From Clostridia bacterium (GTDB lineage: Bacteria > Bacillota > Clostridia > TANB77 > CAG-508), in contig JAFXOY010000093.1 in the NCBI GenBank assembly GCA_017528375.1, positions 1 through 32,000 on the forward strand: DNA of 32,000 nt, written 5' to 3'. The position numbers and the translations under genes are program-made. The notes below the pieces were generated by a model. It saw only the letters and a list, made by a program, of their open reading frames with translations. It was not told where the DNA came from and did no database searches. Shown one piece after another: positions 16,457 to 25,420 of the stretch (positions within the stretch are counted from its first letter, which is position 1; every line of letters starts with the position of its first letter).

Positions 16457-18028
16457 ATGAAAAAATTTAAAAGTGCGATGATTGCAGCATTATCAGGGAT
16501 TATGCTATTTAGCAGTTGCTCATTTTTTGCACCAGGTGTAAAAGCTGTTGAAACAGCAACTGAAAAAGACTCTACAAATCCATATCTTTTCTCTTATCCA
16601 AGAGATGCGTTTGAATTTAGTGCAGAAGAAATGTTACATGTGTATGCATTGAATTCTAGTAGTGACTGGACTGAGAATTATACAAAACATTTTTATGTAA
16701 GACACAGAATGGATTTAACAGATAAAAATGTTATACCATTAAGATCATACAATGAAGATGGGACATTCATGAATACAAGTGCAGCAGAAGATAAATGGAG
16801 CGATGGAAGAATAGATGCAGTTGATGCAAGTAATATTTTAGCTTTAGGAGCACACGTTAACGGAATAGCTAATTTACCAGAAGTATATTGGCCACAACCA
16901 GTTAATGATATTTTATGGTCACTAGCTAAAGCATTAAATGTATCAAAAGATGATGTTACATTAGAATCAGAAGCTATTTATCAAAAAATTGAAGGACTTG
17001 CAGGTGCTGAAAAAGAATTAATAACAGTAATTTCTAGTACAACAGGTCCAACACCACAGAATGATGCGTCTGTCTTAAATTATACAACATTAGATAGAAA
17101 ATTGTATATTCAAAATTACAAAGAAAGACATCCAGAAATGACAGATGAGCAAATAGCTGAAAAATTCGAAGATGAAAAAGCTCGTCCAACACAAATGACA
17201 ACTAGAATAACAGTTACAGCACCAAACGGAGACAAATACAGAATGGTACTTGGAAATGATAACAAATTCTATTTATTATCACCAAATGCACCAAAAGCTG
17301 AATTCAAAACAACACTTGATTATGCATCTGAAGAGAAAGGTAAAATGGATGGAGACACATATCTTCCACCATATTACGAAAATGAAGAAAAAAATGCTAA
17401 GAAAGATTTAGATGCAACAGCAATCATCAAATCAACAACAAATGAAGAAATCATCAAAACAAACGGTGTTGAATTAACAACAGATGGAAAAGCTAATAGC
17501 CAAGGATGGTATTATCCAGATGTAAATGATAAACGTACAATTGCTAAAGTTTATCCATTTGATAAATATGACAACACAACAGATAACGGAGCAGTAAAAG
17601 AAACTGTAAAACTAACAGGAGCTGAAGGTGGAGAAGATTCTCAATCACCATCAATAAGATGGACTTTCAGACTAATCAACAGAGATGATAAAGAAAATGC
17701 AGATGGAAGTATAACTGTTACTTTAACATATAACTTACCTGTTGATCCAGACAGCATCCCAGAAGGATGGACACCAGTTTATGATAAAGATGGAAAAACA
17801 ATCCATGCTATCACAAAAACAATCAAAAAAGGTGAAAACTATGACAAAGATGTCACAGTAAAAAGAAATGGACCAATAGATGAAAAAGTTACAACACATG
17901 TTAAAAAAGAATGGGAAAAACTTTCACCAACATTACCACAAACAGGTATATTCTCTGTAGTTTTAGTAGTAATAGTTGCTGGAGCTGCAGTATTTGCAAT
18001 AACAAGATATCGCAAAATTAATAATTAA
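16457..18028 (+). CDS. sortase-anchored (LPXTG) cell-surface protein, passenger domain unrecognised
   Basis: The start was moved to the ATG at 16457, after AGGAGG. Signal peptide MKKFKSAMIAALSGIMLFSSCSFFAPGVKA. The C-terminal sorting signal is LPQTG, a hydrophobic helix and RYRKINN. Confidence 0.85.
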   Translation: MKKFKSAMIAALSGIMLFSSCSFFAPGVKAVETATEKDSTNPYLFSYPRDAFEFSAEEMLHVYALNSSSDWTENYTKHFYVRHRMDLTDKNVIPLRSYNEDGTFMNTSAAEDKWSDGRIDAVDASNILALGAHVNGIANLPEVYWPQPVNDILWSLAKALNVSKDDVTLESEAIYQKIEGLAGAEKELITVISSTTGPTPQNDASVLNYTTLDRKLYIQNYKERHPEMTDEQIAEKFEDEKARPTQMTTRITVTAPNGDKYRMVLGNDNKFYLLSPNAPKAEFKTTLDYASEEKGKMDGDTYLPPYYENEEKNAKKDLDATAIIKSTTNEEIIKTNGVELTTDGKANSQGWYYPDVNDKRTIAKVYPFDKYDNTTDNGAVKETVKLTGAEGGEDSQSPSIRWTFRLINRDDKENADGSITVTLTYNLPVDPDSIPEGWTPVYDKDGKTIHAITKTIKKGENYDKDVTVKRNGPIDEKVTTHVKKEWEKLSPTLPQTGIFSVVLVVIVAGAAVFAITRYRKINN

Positions 18029-18049
18029 TTAAAAAATAAATAGCACAAG

Positions 18050-18083
18050 GAGAATTAAGATTAAATCTTGATTCTCTTTTTTT
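18050..18083 (+). terminator. intrinsic terminator
   Basis: Stem gagaattaaga (18050-18060) pairs with tcttgattctc (18067-18077) with one G-U pair. The run tttttt follows. Confidence 0.7.
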
Positions 18084-18147
18084 GGATAAAGTTCGATCCA
18101 TCTATTCGTCATTTTCTAATTTTTGGAACTGTCCCTCTTATTCGCCC

Positions 18148-18176
18148 TTGATTACATAAAATATTTGTGCTATAAT
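18148..18176 (+). promoter_or_regulatory. promoter of corA
   Basis: TTGATT (18148-18153), 17 nt, TATAAT (18171-18176). The leader is too short for an M-box. Confidence 0.5.
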
Positions 18177-18203
18177 AGTTAAGTATTAAAAGGAGGGGAA
18201 AAA

Positions 18204-19154
18204 ATGATTAAAATTTATAACACAAATGTAGAAACAAACGTAACATCAGAGCAAGAAGAAATAAAAAAAGGTTGTTGGATAAATATGGTCTCCCCCTCTG
18301 AAAAAGAGATAAAAAAAGTATGTGAAGAAACAAACATATCAGATGACTTCATAAGATATGCCCTAGATTACGAAGAAAAAGCCAGAATTGATATCGAAGA
18401 TGATGGAACAATATTATTTATTGTGGATGTTCCAGTTATGGAAAAAGATCAAGACGCAGAAATATACACAACAATGCCAGTTGGTTTAATAGTAGTAAGA
18501 GATGACTTTTTCATAACAGTATCATTAAAAAAGAACAAAATTATTACAGGACTAGAAAATTCAATTAATAAAAAGAAAATAACAACATACAAAAAAAGTA
18601 GATTTATTTTCCAATTTTTCTATGAAAATGCATCAGTATTTTTAAGATTATTAAAACAAATTAATAAAGAGACTGAAGTAGCAGAAAACATATTAAAAAA
18701 GACACAAAAAAATAGAGAACTATTAAAATTATTAAGCTTAGAAAAAAGCTTAGTATACTTTACAACATCACTTAAATCAAATGAAGTAGTCATGGAAAAA
18801 ACATTAAGAGGAAAAATAATAAAGCTATATGAAGAAGACGAAGACTTACTAGAAGACGCCATCATTGAAAACAAACAAGCAATAGAAATGAGCAAAATAT
18901 ATAGCGACATTTTAAATGGAACAATGGATGCATATGCATCAATAATTTCGAACAACCTAAACGGAGTTATGAAAATGCTTACATCAATAACAATAATATT
19001 AGCAATACCAACATTAGTAGCAAGCTTATGGGGAATGAACGTACCAGTACCATTCCAAAACAATTCATGGGGATTCTTAATACTAATTGTAGGAAGCATT
19101 ATAGTAACAGGAATTACAATAGCATGGCTAAAATATAGAGATTTATTATCATAA
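18204..19154 (+). CDS. corA: CorA-family magnesium/cobalt transporter
   Basis: 316 aa. Two C-terminal TM helices carry the signature WGMNVP (the GMN motif) between them. Confidence 0.9.
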   Translation: MIKIYNTNVETNVTSEQEEIKKGCWINMVSPSEKEIKKVCEETNISDDFIRYALDYEEKARIDIEDDGTILFIVDVPVMEKDQDAEIYTTMPVGLIVVRDDFFITVSLKKNKIITGLENSINKKKITTYKKSRFIFQFFYENASVFLRLLKQINKETEVAENILKKTQKNRELLKLLSLEKSLVYFTTSLKSNEVVMEKTLRGKIIKLYEEDEDLLEDAIIENKQAIEMSKIYSDILNGTMDAYASIISNNLNGVMKMLTSITIILAIPTLVASLWGMNVPVPFQNNSWGFLILIVGSIIVTGITIAWLKYRDLLS

Positions 19155-19212
19155 TGCACAGCTGGGGACGCGTCCCAATTGTGCAAAATGCACAGCTAGG
19201 GACAGGTTAATG
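19155..19212 (+). repeat. GGGACG-core repeat, A-type (two units), starting immediately after the corA stop
   Basis: tgcacagctggggacgcgtcccaattgtgca-aaa-tgcacagctagggacaggttaatg. The first unit differs from 15973-16003 at three positions. Confidence 0.85.
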
Positions 19213-19252
19213 TTTTTGCTTGCAATATTAAACAAGCTAAAAGCTTGGTGAA

Positions 19253-19287
19253 AAAAGGAAGTTAAAATATATTTCAACTTCCTTTTT
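19253..19287. terminator. terminator between convergent corA and the capA-like gene
   Basis: Stem aaaaggaagtt (19253-19263) pairs with aacttcctttt (19276-19286). The T-run is best on the minus strand. Confidence 0.6.
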
Positions 19288-19289
19288 CG

Positions 19290-20555
19290 TTATTCCATAC
19301 TCATAATCTTATCAATCTTGCTCTTTGCAGCTTTAAGCGTATTATACAATTTCTCGGAAATACTTTTATCACCACTTTCATAAGCACTAATAGCTTTATT
19401 TATATCCAAAATTTTATATCTATCACTTTGTCCAGAACCTTTATCGTACATGTAAATTGGAACATAATTAATCGAATCAATTGTAATCTTATTATCTGAA
19501 TGCTTTGTAACTTTTAATTGTAAAATAATGGTATTCATAGTATTTTCAGCAACTTGACCAGACATAAAATTTCCAAGTGAATAAATTACAAAACCATCTT
19601 TTTTAGTTCCATCAGCTAAAGTAATAGTTCTCCTTTCCATTGGTTCTAGAACATGTGGATGACTTCCAAAAATAATATCAACACCATTTTCAAAAAGAAA
19701 ATCAGCCAGTTTCTCTTGAGTAGCATTTTGTTTTAATTTATACTCATCACCCCAATGCATACTAACACAAATCAAATCAGGGTTTAAAGCTTTAGCTTTA
19801 GAAATTTGATCAAGCATTAAATCATTATCAATAAGATTAATGCAATATTCTTTTCCAGAAGGAACCGGAATTCCATTAGTTCCATATGTAAAAGATAAAA
19901 ATGCAATTTTAATACCATTAACATCTTTAGTAAGAATAGTATTTTGTTCATCTTTACTTCTATAAGTTCCAGTATGACTTAAATTTACTTTATCTAATTC
20001 ATCCAAAGTACTTACTAAACCGGCATAACGTTTATCTAAACTGTGATTATTAGCAGTTGAAACAACATCAACACCTAAATCTTTAATGTTTTGAGCCAAT
20101 TGTTCTGGGGTGTTAAAAGTAGGGTAACCAGTATATCCAACGTCTTTACCAGCAAAAGTAGTTTCTAAATTTCCAATTGCAATATCGGCATCTTGAATAT
20201 AATTTTTAATATCTGTAAAAACCTTAGAAAAATCATAAGTATCTTTTTCGCTATCATATGCATCATAAAAATTAGTAGTATGACACATAATATCGCCAAT
20301 TACAGCCATATTTATGGTAACATCCTTCTGAATATTTGCGTTAGCTGGAACATTTTTCTTGTCATGATTAAACAATTTAGAAAATCCAAAACATATTAAA
20401 TACAAGAACAAAATAATACCAACAAAGAAAACAAAAACTTTTTTATAATTCAATTTTTTTGCTTGGCGTTTTCTATAATTAGATTGCTGTTTTGCATATG
20501 TACTCCTTTTATTTCTATGATTTGAATTATGTAATTTATAATAATTATCTTTCAT
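19290..20555 (-). CDS. CapA/PgsA-family metallophosphoesterase-like protein with N-terminal membrane anchor
   Basis: Basic N-terminus plus TM (VFVFFVGIILFLYLICFGF). The CapA pattern follows: MAVIGDIMCH..., GNLETT..., ANNHSLD, and SMHWGDEY...GSHPHVL. Confidence 0.8.
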   Translation of the reverse strand: MKDNYYKLHNSNHRNKRSTYAKQQSNYRKRQAKKLNYKKVFVFFVGIILFLYLICFGFSKLFNHDKKNVPANANIQKDVTINMAVIGDIMCHTTNFYDAYDSEKDTYDFSKVFTDIKNYIQDADIAIGNLETTFAGKDVGYTGYPTFNTPEQLAQNIKDLGVDVVSTANNHSLDKRYAGLVSTLDELDKVNLSHTGTYRSKDEQNTILTKDVNGIKIAFLSFTYGTNGIPVPSGKEYCINLIDNDLMLDQISKAKALNPDLICVSMHWGDEYKLKQNATQEKLADFLFENGVDIIFGSHPHVLEPMERRTITLADGTKKDGFVIYSLGNFMSGQVAENTMNTIILQLKVTKHSDNKITIDSINYVPIYMYDKGSGQSDRYKILDINKAISAYESGDKSISEKLYNTLKAAKSKIDKIMSME

Positions 20556-20558
20556 CTT

Positions 20559-21275
20559 TTATTTAAACTCCTTAAATCCATTAATATTTGCACGTTTTAT
20601 AGCCCCATATAAATTAGCTCTAACATTAGGGATATCTTTTTGCATATTAAATAAAAATTGCTTCATATCTTCACGTTTTGAATAGCCATCCATTGGGCAA
20701 GCCTTAGGCATTACAGTGATGTTATTTCTTTTAACAAAACTGCGAATATACTTTTCTGGAGCGTAAATTAATGGACGAATAAGCGTAATTTTAGATCTAT
20801 CCATATAACTAATTGGTGCAAATGTATTAATGCTTCCAGCGTAAAATAAATTCATCAAAAATGTTTCTAAAACATCATCCTCATTATGGCCAACCGCAAT
20901 TTTGTTGCAGCCTTCGCGAATAGCTATGCTGTTTAACATTCCTCTACGAATATTTGCACACAATGAACATGGATTTTTTTCATTACGAATATCAAAAACA
21001 ATTTCTTGCATATGTCCATTTTCAACGATTAAAGGAACATCAATATCATCACAGATTTTTTGTAATAAATTTACATCAAAACCTTCAAAACCTGGATTAA
21101 TTGAAACAGCGATAAGATCAAATTTTTTAGGATAAAATCTTTGTAAATTTTTAAATCCCATAAGCATAGTGATAGAATCTTTTCCACCTGATAAGGCAAC
21201 TGCAATTTTATCACCATCTTCAATCATATTATAATTATCTATAGCTTTTCTCATGTAACCTAGAATTTTTTGCAT
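20559..21275 (-). CDS. ttcA: PP-loop ATPase, TtcA-family tRNA thiolation protein
   Basis: PP-loop SGGKDS and Cys motif NPCSLCANIRRG. The start was moved to the ATG at 21275 (MQKILGYMRKAI...), which has RBS aagagg. The track start at 21329 adds an implausible hydrophobic leader. Confidence 0.75.
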   Translation of the reverse strand: MQKILGYMRKAIDNYNMIEDGDKIAVALSGGKDSITMLMGFKNLQRFYPKKFDLIAVSINPGFEGFDVNLLQKICDDIDVPLIVENGHMQEIVFDIRNEKNPCSLCANIRRGMLNSIAIREGCNKIAVGHNEDDVLETFLMNLFYAGSINTFAPISYMDRSKITLIRPLIYAPEKYIRSFVKRNNITVMPKACPMDGYSKREDMKQFLFNMQKDIPNVRANLYGAIKRANINGFKEFK

Positions 21276-21337
21276 AAATAAAACCTCTTTCTTAATTAAA
21301 AATAAAACAAATTTTATATAGTATAACACAAATTATC

Positions 21338-21367
21338 TTGAAAAAAAAGACCAAATGTTATATACTA
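21338..21367 (+). promoter_or_regulatory. promoter of tRNA-Arg(CCU)
   Basis: TTGAAA (21338-21343), 18 nt, TATACT (21362-21367). Confidence 0.45.
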
Positions 21368-21377
21368 TAAACACATG

Positions 21378-21453
21378 TGCTCATAGCTCAACAGGATAGA
21401 GTAGTCGCCTCCTAAGCGACCGATAGAGGTTCGAGTCCCCTTGGGCACACCAT
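21378..21453 (+). tRNA. tRNA-Arg (anticodon CCU)
   Basis: Cloverleaf folded by hand. Anticodon arm gtcgc-ctCCTaa-gcgac, T-loop ttcgagt, with one A-C mismatch in the T stem. Encoded CCA. 76 nt. Confidence 0.85.
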
Positions 21454-21463
21454 AACTATTTAG

Positions 21464-21490
21464 GGACGATTTAAAAAAATCTCCGTTCCC
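21464..21490. repeat. degenerate copy of the GGGACG...CGTCCC hairpin repeat
   Basis: gggacgatttaaaaaaactccgttccc resembles the 23086-23139 element (ggggacggag...ctccgtcccc), but with a shortened left arm and one core mismatch. Confidence 0.5.
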
Positions 21491-21517
21491 AATTTAAAAT
21501 TTAAAAGGAGAAAAATC

Positions 21518-21988
21518 TTGGAAGAAAAATTTATGAAAGAAGCTCTAAAGGAAGCTCAAAAAGCATATGATAAACTTGAGGTACCAGTTGGAGCAGTAAT
21601 AGTAAAAGATGGTAAAATAATAGCCAGAGCATATAATCAAAAAGAAGAAAAAAATGATACAACAAATCACGCCGAGATTTTAGCAATAAAAAAAGCAAGT
21701 AAAAAACTTGGAAGCTGGAGGCTATTAGACTGTGACATGTATGTTACATTAGAGCCATGCAGCATGTGCGCAGGAGCGTTAATTCAATCAAGAATTAGAA
21801 AAGTATACATAGGTGCAGATGATGAAAAAACAGGAGCATGCGGAACAAAACTAAACTTACTAGAAGATTACGATTTTAATCATAAAGTAGAAATTCAAAG
21901 AGGCGTTTTAAAAGAAGAATGCGAAAATATAATGAAAAAATTCTTTAAAGAATTAAGAAAAATAAAAAAACAAAATAATAATCAATAA
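21518..21988 (+). CDS. tadA: tRNA-specific adenosine deaminase
   Basis: Zinc motifs HAEILAI and LEPCSMCAGAL, of the usual TadA length. A TTG start at 21518 lies 7 nt after AAGGAG. An in-frame ATG at 21533 is an alternative. Confidence 0.9.
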   Translation: MEEKFMKEALKEAQKAYDKLEVPVGAVIVKDGKIIARAYNQKEEKNDTTNHAEILAIKKASKKLGSWRLLDCDMYVTLEPCSMCAGALIQSRIRKVYIGADDEKTGACGTKLNLLEDYDFNHKVEIQRGVLKEECENIMKKFFKELRKIKKQNNNQ

Positions 21989-22016
21989 AAATTGATTATT
22001 AAGAAAGGAAATTATT

Positions 22017-22856
22017 TTGATAATAGAAAAATTAAAAAGAATTCCAGTTAGCGAAAAATCTAAAAAAAGAATAAAATTTTGTTTAATAATATTTTTAATA
22101 ACAATAGCAATTGCATTTGCACTATTTACAGTGATGAAGTACCAAGTTGAAGGAGAAAAACAAGTTCCTTTCAGAATAGGAAAGGTAATTGTAATTAGTT
22201 CAGCAGCAACAACAGATGCAACAAATCTTGAAAATGAAGCAACACAAAACTCAGAAGAAAATCAAACAGAAGATGAAGCACAAACACAAACTGAAGCTGA
22301 AAATTACATTTGGAATGAAAGAGTAGTTCAAACAAATGACTTATACATATATCTAGATAAAGATGAAAACTACAAGAAAGACCAAGTAATAAGAAGCGTA
22401 AAAATAGACAACATACAAATTTTAGAAAACGTAAAACTTGGAAAAATTCAAGTATATATGCCAAATAGTTTAGACGATGGACTATATAAATATGCAAATG
22501 AATTTTTAGTAAATTCAAGCTTAACTTATAAAGGTGGGGCAGCAGATAATGTAAAAGCACTAGAAATAGGTAATCAAGGGGGATGCGTTTGCATAAGCTT
22601 TGCAAATGTAGGTCTTGGAGATTATAAATCAAATGAAGCACAAGAAATAGAGCAAGGTGGATCAATATTATCACAAATGAACATACAAAACGATGATTTA
22701 AAATTCAAAGTTTCATTTGATTTAATAATAGAAGTAGAAGATAAAACATACAAAACAAACCTTGTATTTGACTTACCAATTAATGAATTAGTTGGGCAAA
22801 AAGAAACACACACAGAAATTAAAGATTTCAGTAAAACAATATATAAAAGATTATAA
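22017..22856 (+). CDS. hypothetical membrane-anchored protein
   Basis: TTG start after gaaagga. N-terminal TM (FCLIIFLITIAIAFALFTV), an acidic Q/E/T-rich linker and a beta-rich C-terminal domain. No family recognised. Confidence 0.55.
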   Translation: MIIEKLKRIPVSEKSKKRIKFCLIIFLITIAIAFALFTVMKYQVEGEKQVPFRIGKVIVISSAATTDATNLENEATQNSEENQTEDEAQTQTEAENYIWNERVVQTNDLYIYLDKDENYKKDQVIRSVKIDNIQILENVKLGKIQVYMPNSLDDGLYKYANEFLVNSSLTYKGGAADNVKALEIGNQGGCVCISFANVGLGDYKSNEAQEIEQGGSILSQMNIQNDDLKFKVSFDLIIEVEDKTYKTNLVFDLPINELVGQKETHTEIKDFSKTIYKRL

Positions 22857-22886
22857 AATCAGAATACAGAAAAAATACAAAAACTA

Positions 22887-22915
22887 TTGCTAAAATAGAA
22901 AAAACATTATATAAT
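22887..22915 (+). promoter_or_regulatory. promoter of the SRP RNA gene
   Basis: TTGCTA (22887-22892), 17 nt, TATAAT (22910-22915). Confidence 0.55.
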
Positions 22916-22921
22916 AACAAA

Positions 22922-23060
22922 GGTATGAAAAAAATCTAGCCTTTGTGTGGAGGATATTTTTCAATAAAAACCTATGAATCTTGTCAGGTCCGGAAGGAAG
23001 CAGCAATAAGTAGTCATTTTTATGTGAAAAATACTTCCACAGAAAGGCTAGAAGTAAATT
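22922..23060 (+). ncRNA. ffs: signal recognition particle RNA (4.5S/scRNA); ends approximate
   Basis: Contains the universally conserved domain IV sequence gtcaggtccggaaggaagcagc (22984-23005). It is closed by the long helix tctagcctttgtgtggagg (22935-) with cttccacagaaaggctaga (23034-23052). It sits directly upstream of dnaX, as in B. subtilis (scr-dnaX-yaaK-recR). Confidence 0.85.
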
Positions 23061-23085
23061 ATCAATTCGGAACGATTTGATTTTC

Positions 23086-23139
23086 AAATTGGGGACGGAG
23101 AAAATTTCAAAAATTTTAAATTTTCTCCGTCCCCAATTT
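23086..23139. repeat. perfect 22-bp-arm hairpin carrying the GGGGACGG/CCGTCCCC core
   Basis: aaattggggacggagaaaattt (23086-23107) pairs with aaattttctccgtccccaattt (23118-23139) around a 10-nt loop. There is no flanking T-run. Confidence 0.9.
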
Positions 23140-23158
23140 CAAAAAAGAGGTGAAATCT

Positions 23159-24922
23159 ATGTCATATACAGCATTATACAGAAAATTTAGACCAATTAAA
23201 TTTAGTGAAATTGTAGGCCAAGAGCATATAACAAGAACATTAAGAAATCAAATAATAGCAAACAGAGTTGGACATGCATATCTATTAACAGGTGGACGTG
23301 GAACAGGAAAAACTTCTGCAGCAAAAATTCTAGCAAGAGCCATAAACTGCCTAAATCCACAAGATGGCGAACCATGTAATGAATGCGAAATATGTAAAGC
23401 AGCAATTCAAGGTTCATTAACAGATATAGTGGAAATGGATGCAGCTTCAAACAACAGCGTTGAAGACATTAGATCAATAAGAGAAGAAGTAAACTTTTTA
23501 CCAACTGTTGCAAAATACAGAGTATATATAATAGATGAGGTTCACATGCTTTCAGTTGGTGCATTTAATGCGCTTTTAAAAACATTAGAAGAACCACCAG
23601 AACACGTTAAATTTATATTAGCAACAACAGAACCACAAAAACTTCCAGCAACAATATTATCAAGATGTCAACGTTTTGATTATAAAAAAATATCACCAGA
23701 AAATATAAAATCAAGATTAGAATTTATATGTAAAGAAAGCAATATAAATATTACAGATGAAGCATTAAAAACAATTTCAGTTTTAGCTGAAGGCGCAATG
23801 AGAGATGGATTAAGTATTTTGGAAAGATGTGTGCAAGAAGGCGAAGACGAAATAAATGATGACAAAGTAAAAGAACTAGTTGGAATTCCAAAAGTAGAAT
23901 ATATTAATAAAATTGTAAATTCAGTAATAGATTATAATGTTGAAGAAACATTACAAAACATAGATACAGTAATAGCAGACGGAAAAGATTTAAATAATTT
24001 AATTTGGGAAATTATAAAATATGTAAAAGACATTCTAGTATTTAAATCAAGCGGAAGCTTAAGTTTATATAATGAAAATGAATTATCAAAAATAAAAGAG
24101 ATATCAGAAAAAACATCAAAAGATAGATTACTAAAAATAATTTATGATTTATCTGAACTTGCAAATGACTTAAAAATGACAACACAAAAAACAATTATGT
24201 TAGAAGTTGGAATTATGAAGTTATGCAATCAAGAAGCTAGCAAGTCAAGCAATCTAAATGGAGAAAGTTCAAACGGAACAATGCAAGCTGCCCAACAATC
24301 TGGAGCACAACAAGCTAGCATACAGCCAGCAGTCTACGCAAGTTTTCCAAACGAGGCACCTGCCGGAAATAACGGAAACATGCAATCAGGTAACTCAGCA
24401 TCAAACAATAAAGAACTTGAAAGTAAAATAAAAGAATTAGAAAACAAAATAAACAAAATTACAAACCTAGTTATCCACAATCAAGGAACAAATGTGGATA
24501 ACTCATCTGAAAAATCAAGCAATACAAGAAAAACTATAAATAGAAATACATCAAACGGACCAACAAATATAGTAAAAAATATAGCACCAACCGGAAAGAA
24601 AGTAGAAGGATGGGGCAATATGGTAAAAGGTCTAAAAGAAAGCGGAGATGTAATGTTATACATGAACCTGCTAAATACAACAGCAACAGAAATAAACGAC
24701 ATGACAGTAGGAATTGTATTCCCAGATGGAATAACGCCATTTGGACAAAGCATTTTAGACAAACCAGAAAGTGTAGCAGCACTTTCAAAAGTAATATCAA
24801 TGGAATACGGAAAAACAATGCAAGTAAGATATATAGATGCAAAGCATCCAGAACAAACAAAGGATATAGTTGGCGAAATTTCAAAAGAAATGGGAATGCC
24901 AATCAATGTCATAGATGAATGA
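23159..24922 (+). CDS. dnaX: DNA polymerase III subunits gamma/tau
   Basis: MSYTALYRKFRP...GQEHI, Walker A GGRGTGKTS, the zinc module CLNPQDGEPCNECEIC, Walker B IIDEVHML and sensor SRCQRF. The ATG at 23159 follows gaggtg; the track GTG at 23150 is less likely. Confidence 0.95.
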   Translation: MSYTALYRKFRPIKFSEIVGQEHITRTLRNQIIANRVGHAYLLTGGRGTGKTSAAKILARAINCLNPQDGEPCNECEICKAAIQGSLTDIVEMDAASNNSVEDIRSIREEVNFLPTVAKYRVYIIDEVHMLSVGAFNALLKTLEEPPEHVKFILATTEPQKLPATILSRCQRFDYKKISPENIKSRLEFICKESNINITDEALKTISVLAEGAMRDGLSILERCVQEGEDEINDDKVKELVGIPKVEYINKIVNSVIDYNVEETLQNIDTVIADGKDLNNLIWEIIKYVKDILVFKSSGSLSLYNENELSKIKEISEKTSKDRLLKIIYDLSELANDLKMTTQKTIMLEVGIMKLCNQEASKSSNLNGESSNGTMQAAQQSGAQQASIQPAVYASFPNEAPAGNNGNMQSGNSASNNKELESKIKELENKINKITNLVIHNQGTNVDNSSEKSSNTRKTINRNTSNGPTNIVKNIAPTGKKVEGWGNMVKGLKESGDVMLYMNLLNTTATEINDMTVGIVFPDGITPFGQSILDKPESVAALSKVISMEYGKTMQVRYIDAKHPEQTKDIVGEISKEMGMPINVIDE

Positions 24923-24986
24923 CACATTTGGGGACGGACTCAATTTGGGTCAAAAATGACACAAAAGGGGACGGTCTTTAAATGTT
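24920..24986 (+). repeat. GGGACG-core repeat, B-type (two units); its first three bases are the dnaX stop codon
   Basis: TGAcacatttggggacggactcaatttgggtca-aaaa-tgacacaaaaggggacggtctttaaatgtt. It is a near-identical inverted copy of parts of 16035-16138. Confidence 0.9.
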
Positions 24987-25014
24987 AAAATACAATATAA
25001 AGGAGGAAATTACA

Positions 25015-25365
25015 ATGTCAAAAAGAGGAGGATTCCCAGGTATGGGAGGAATGGGTGGATTTGGTGGAATGAACATCAACCAACTTATGAAAGAAGCAAA
25101 AAAAATGCAAGCTGATATGGAAAAATCACAAGAGGAGTTAGTAGCAAAAGAATTTGATGCAACAGCAGGTGGAGGAGCCATAGAAGTTAAAGTTAGTGGA
25201 GATAAATTAATAAAAGAAATAAAAATAAAACCAGAAGTTGTAGATCCAGATGATGTAGAAATGTTACAAGATTTAATTTTAACTTGTGTAAATGAAGCAA
25301 TGAAAAAAGTAGATAGTGCACAAGCTGCATCTTTAGGAAAATATAATATTCCTGGGCTTATGTAA
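25015..25365 (+). CDS. ybaB: YbaB/EbfC-family nucleoid-associated protein
   Basis: MSKRGGFPGMGGMGGFGGMNINQLMKEAKKMQ... is typical of YbaB, and the gene sits between dnaX and recR. The ATG at 25015 lies 8 nt after AGGAGG. The track ATG at 24982 lies inside the repeat. Confidence 0.9.
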   Translation: MSKRGGFPGMGGMGGFGGMNINQLMKEAKKMQADMEKSQEELVAKEFDATAGGGAIEVKVSGDKLIKEIKIKPEVVDPDDVEMLQDLILTCVNEAMKKVDSAQAASLGKYNIPGLM

Positions 25366-25420
25366 GAGAAAAATCGAGTTATTGGCTCGATTTTATAGTG
25401 AAGAAAGAGGTTGAATTGGT

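Noticed and set aside
18086-18147. A possible Mg2+ riboswitch or degenerate GGGAC repeat (ggaactgtccctc) upstream of corA.
   Set aside because: The promoter at 18148-18176 leaves only a leader of about 20 nt. The upstream segment shows no M-box-like conserved structure, and its single TGTCCC has no partner arm.
21378-21988. Functional linkage of tadA with the adjacent tRNA-Arg gene.
   Set aside because: The adjacent tRNA has anticodon CCU. The TadA substrate, tRNA-Arg(ACG), is at 9029-9105, so the adjacency looks coincidental.
22890-23087. A 65-aa ORF on the minus strand.
   Set aside because: It lies antisense to the SRP RNA gene, which explains the region.
23680-23700. An A-run (tat aaa aaa ata) in dnaX as a possible programmed frameshift site for a gamma subunit.
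   Set aside because: It lies in the ATPase/domain III region, far upstream of where the tau/gamma boundary would be. It has no downstream stimulatory hairpin, and frameshifting there would destroy the clamp-loader core.
24471-24479. A perfect DnaA box, TTATCCACA.
   Set aside because: It is a single occurrence inside the dnaX coding sequence. There is no cluster and no adjacent AT-rich unwinding element, so it is not an origin.
24230-24570. The Gln/Asn/Ser/Ala-rich low-complexity stretch in DnaX.
   Set aside because: It is the ordinary variable linker between the clamp-loader core and the tau C-terminal domains. It is not a separate feature.
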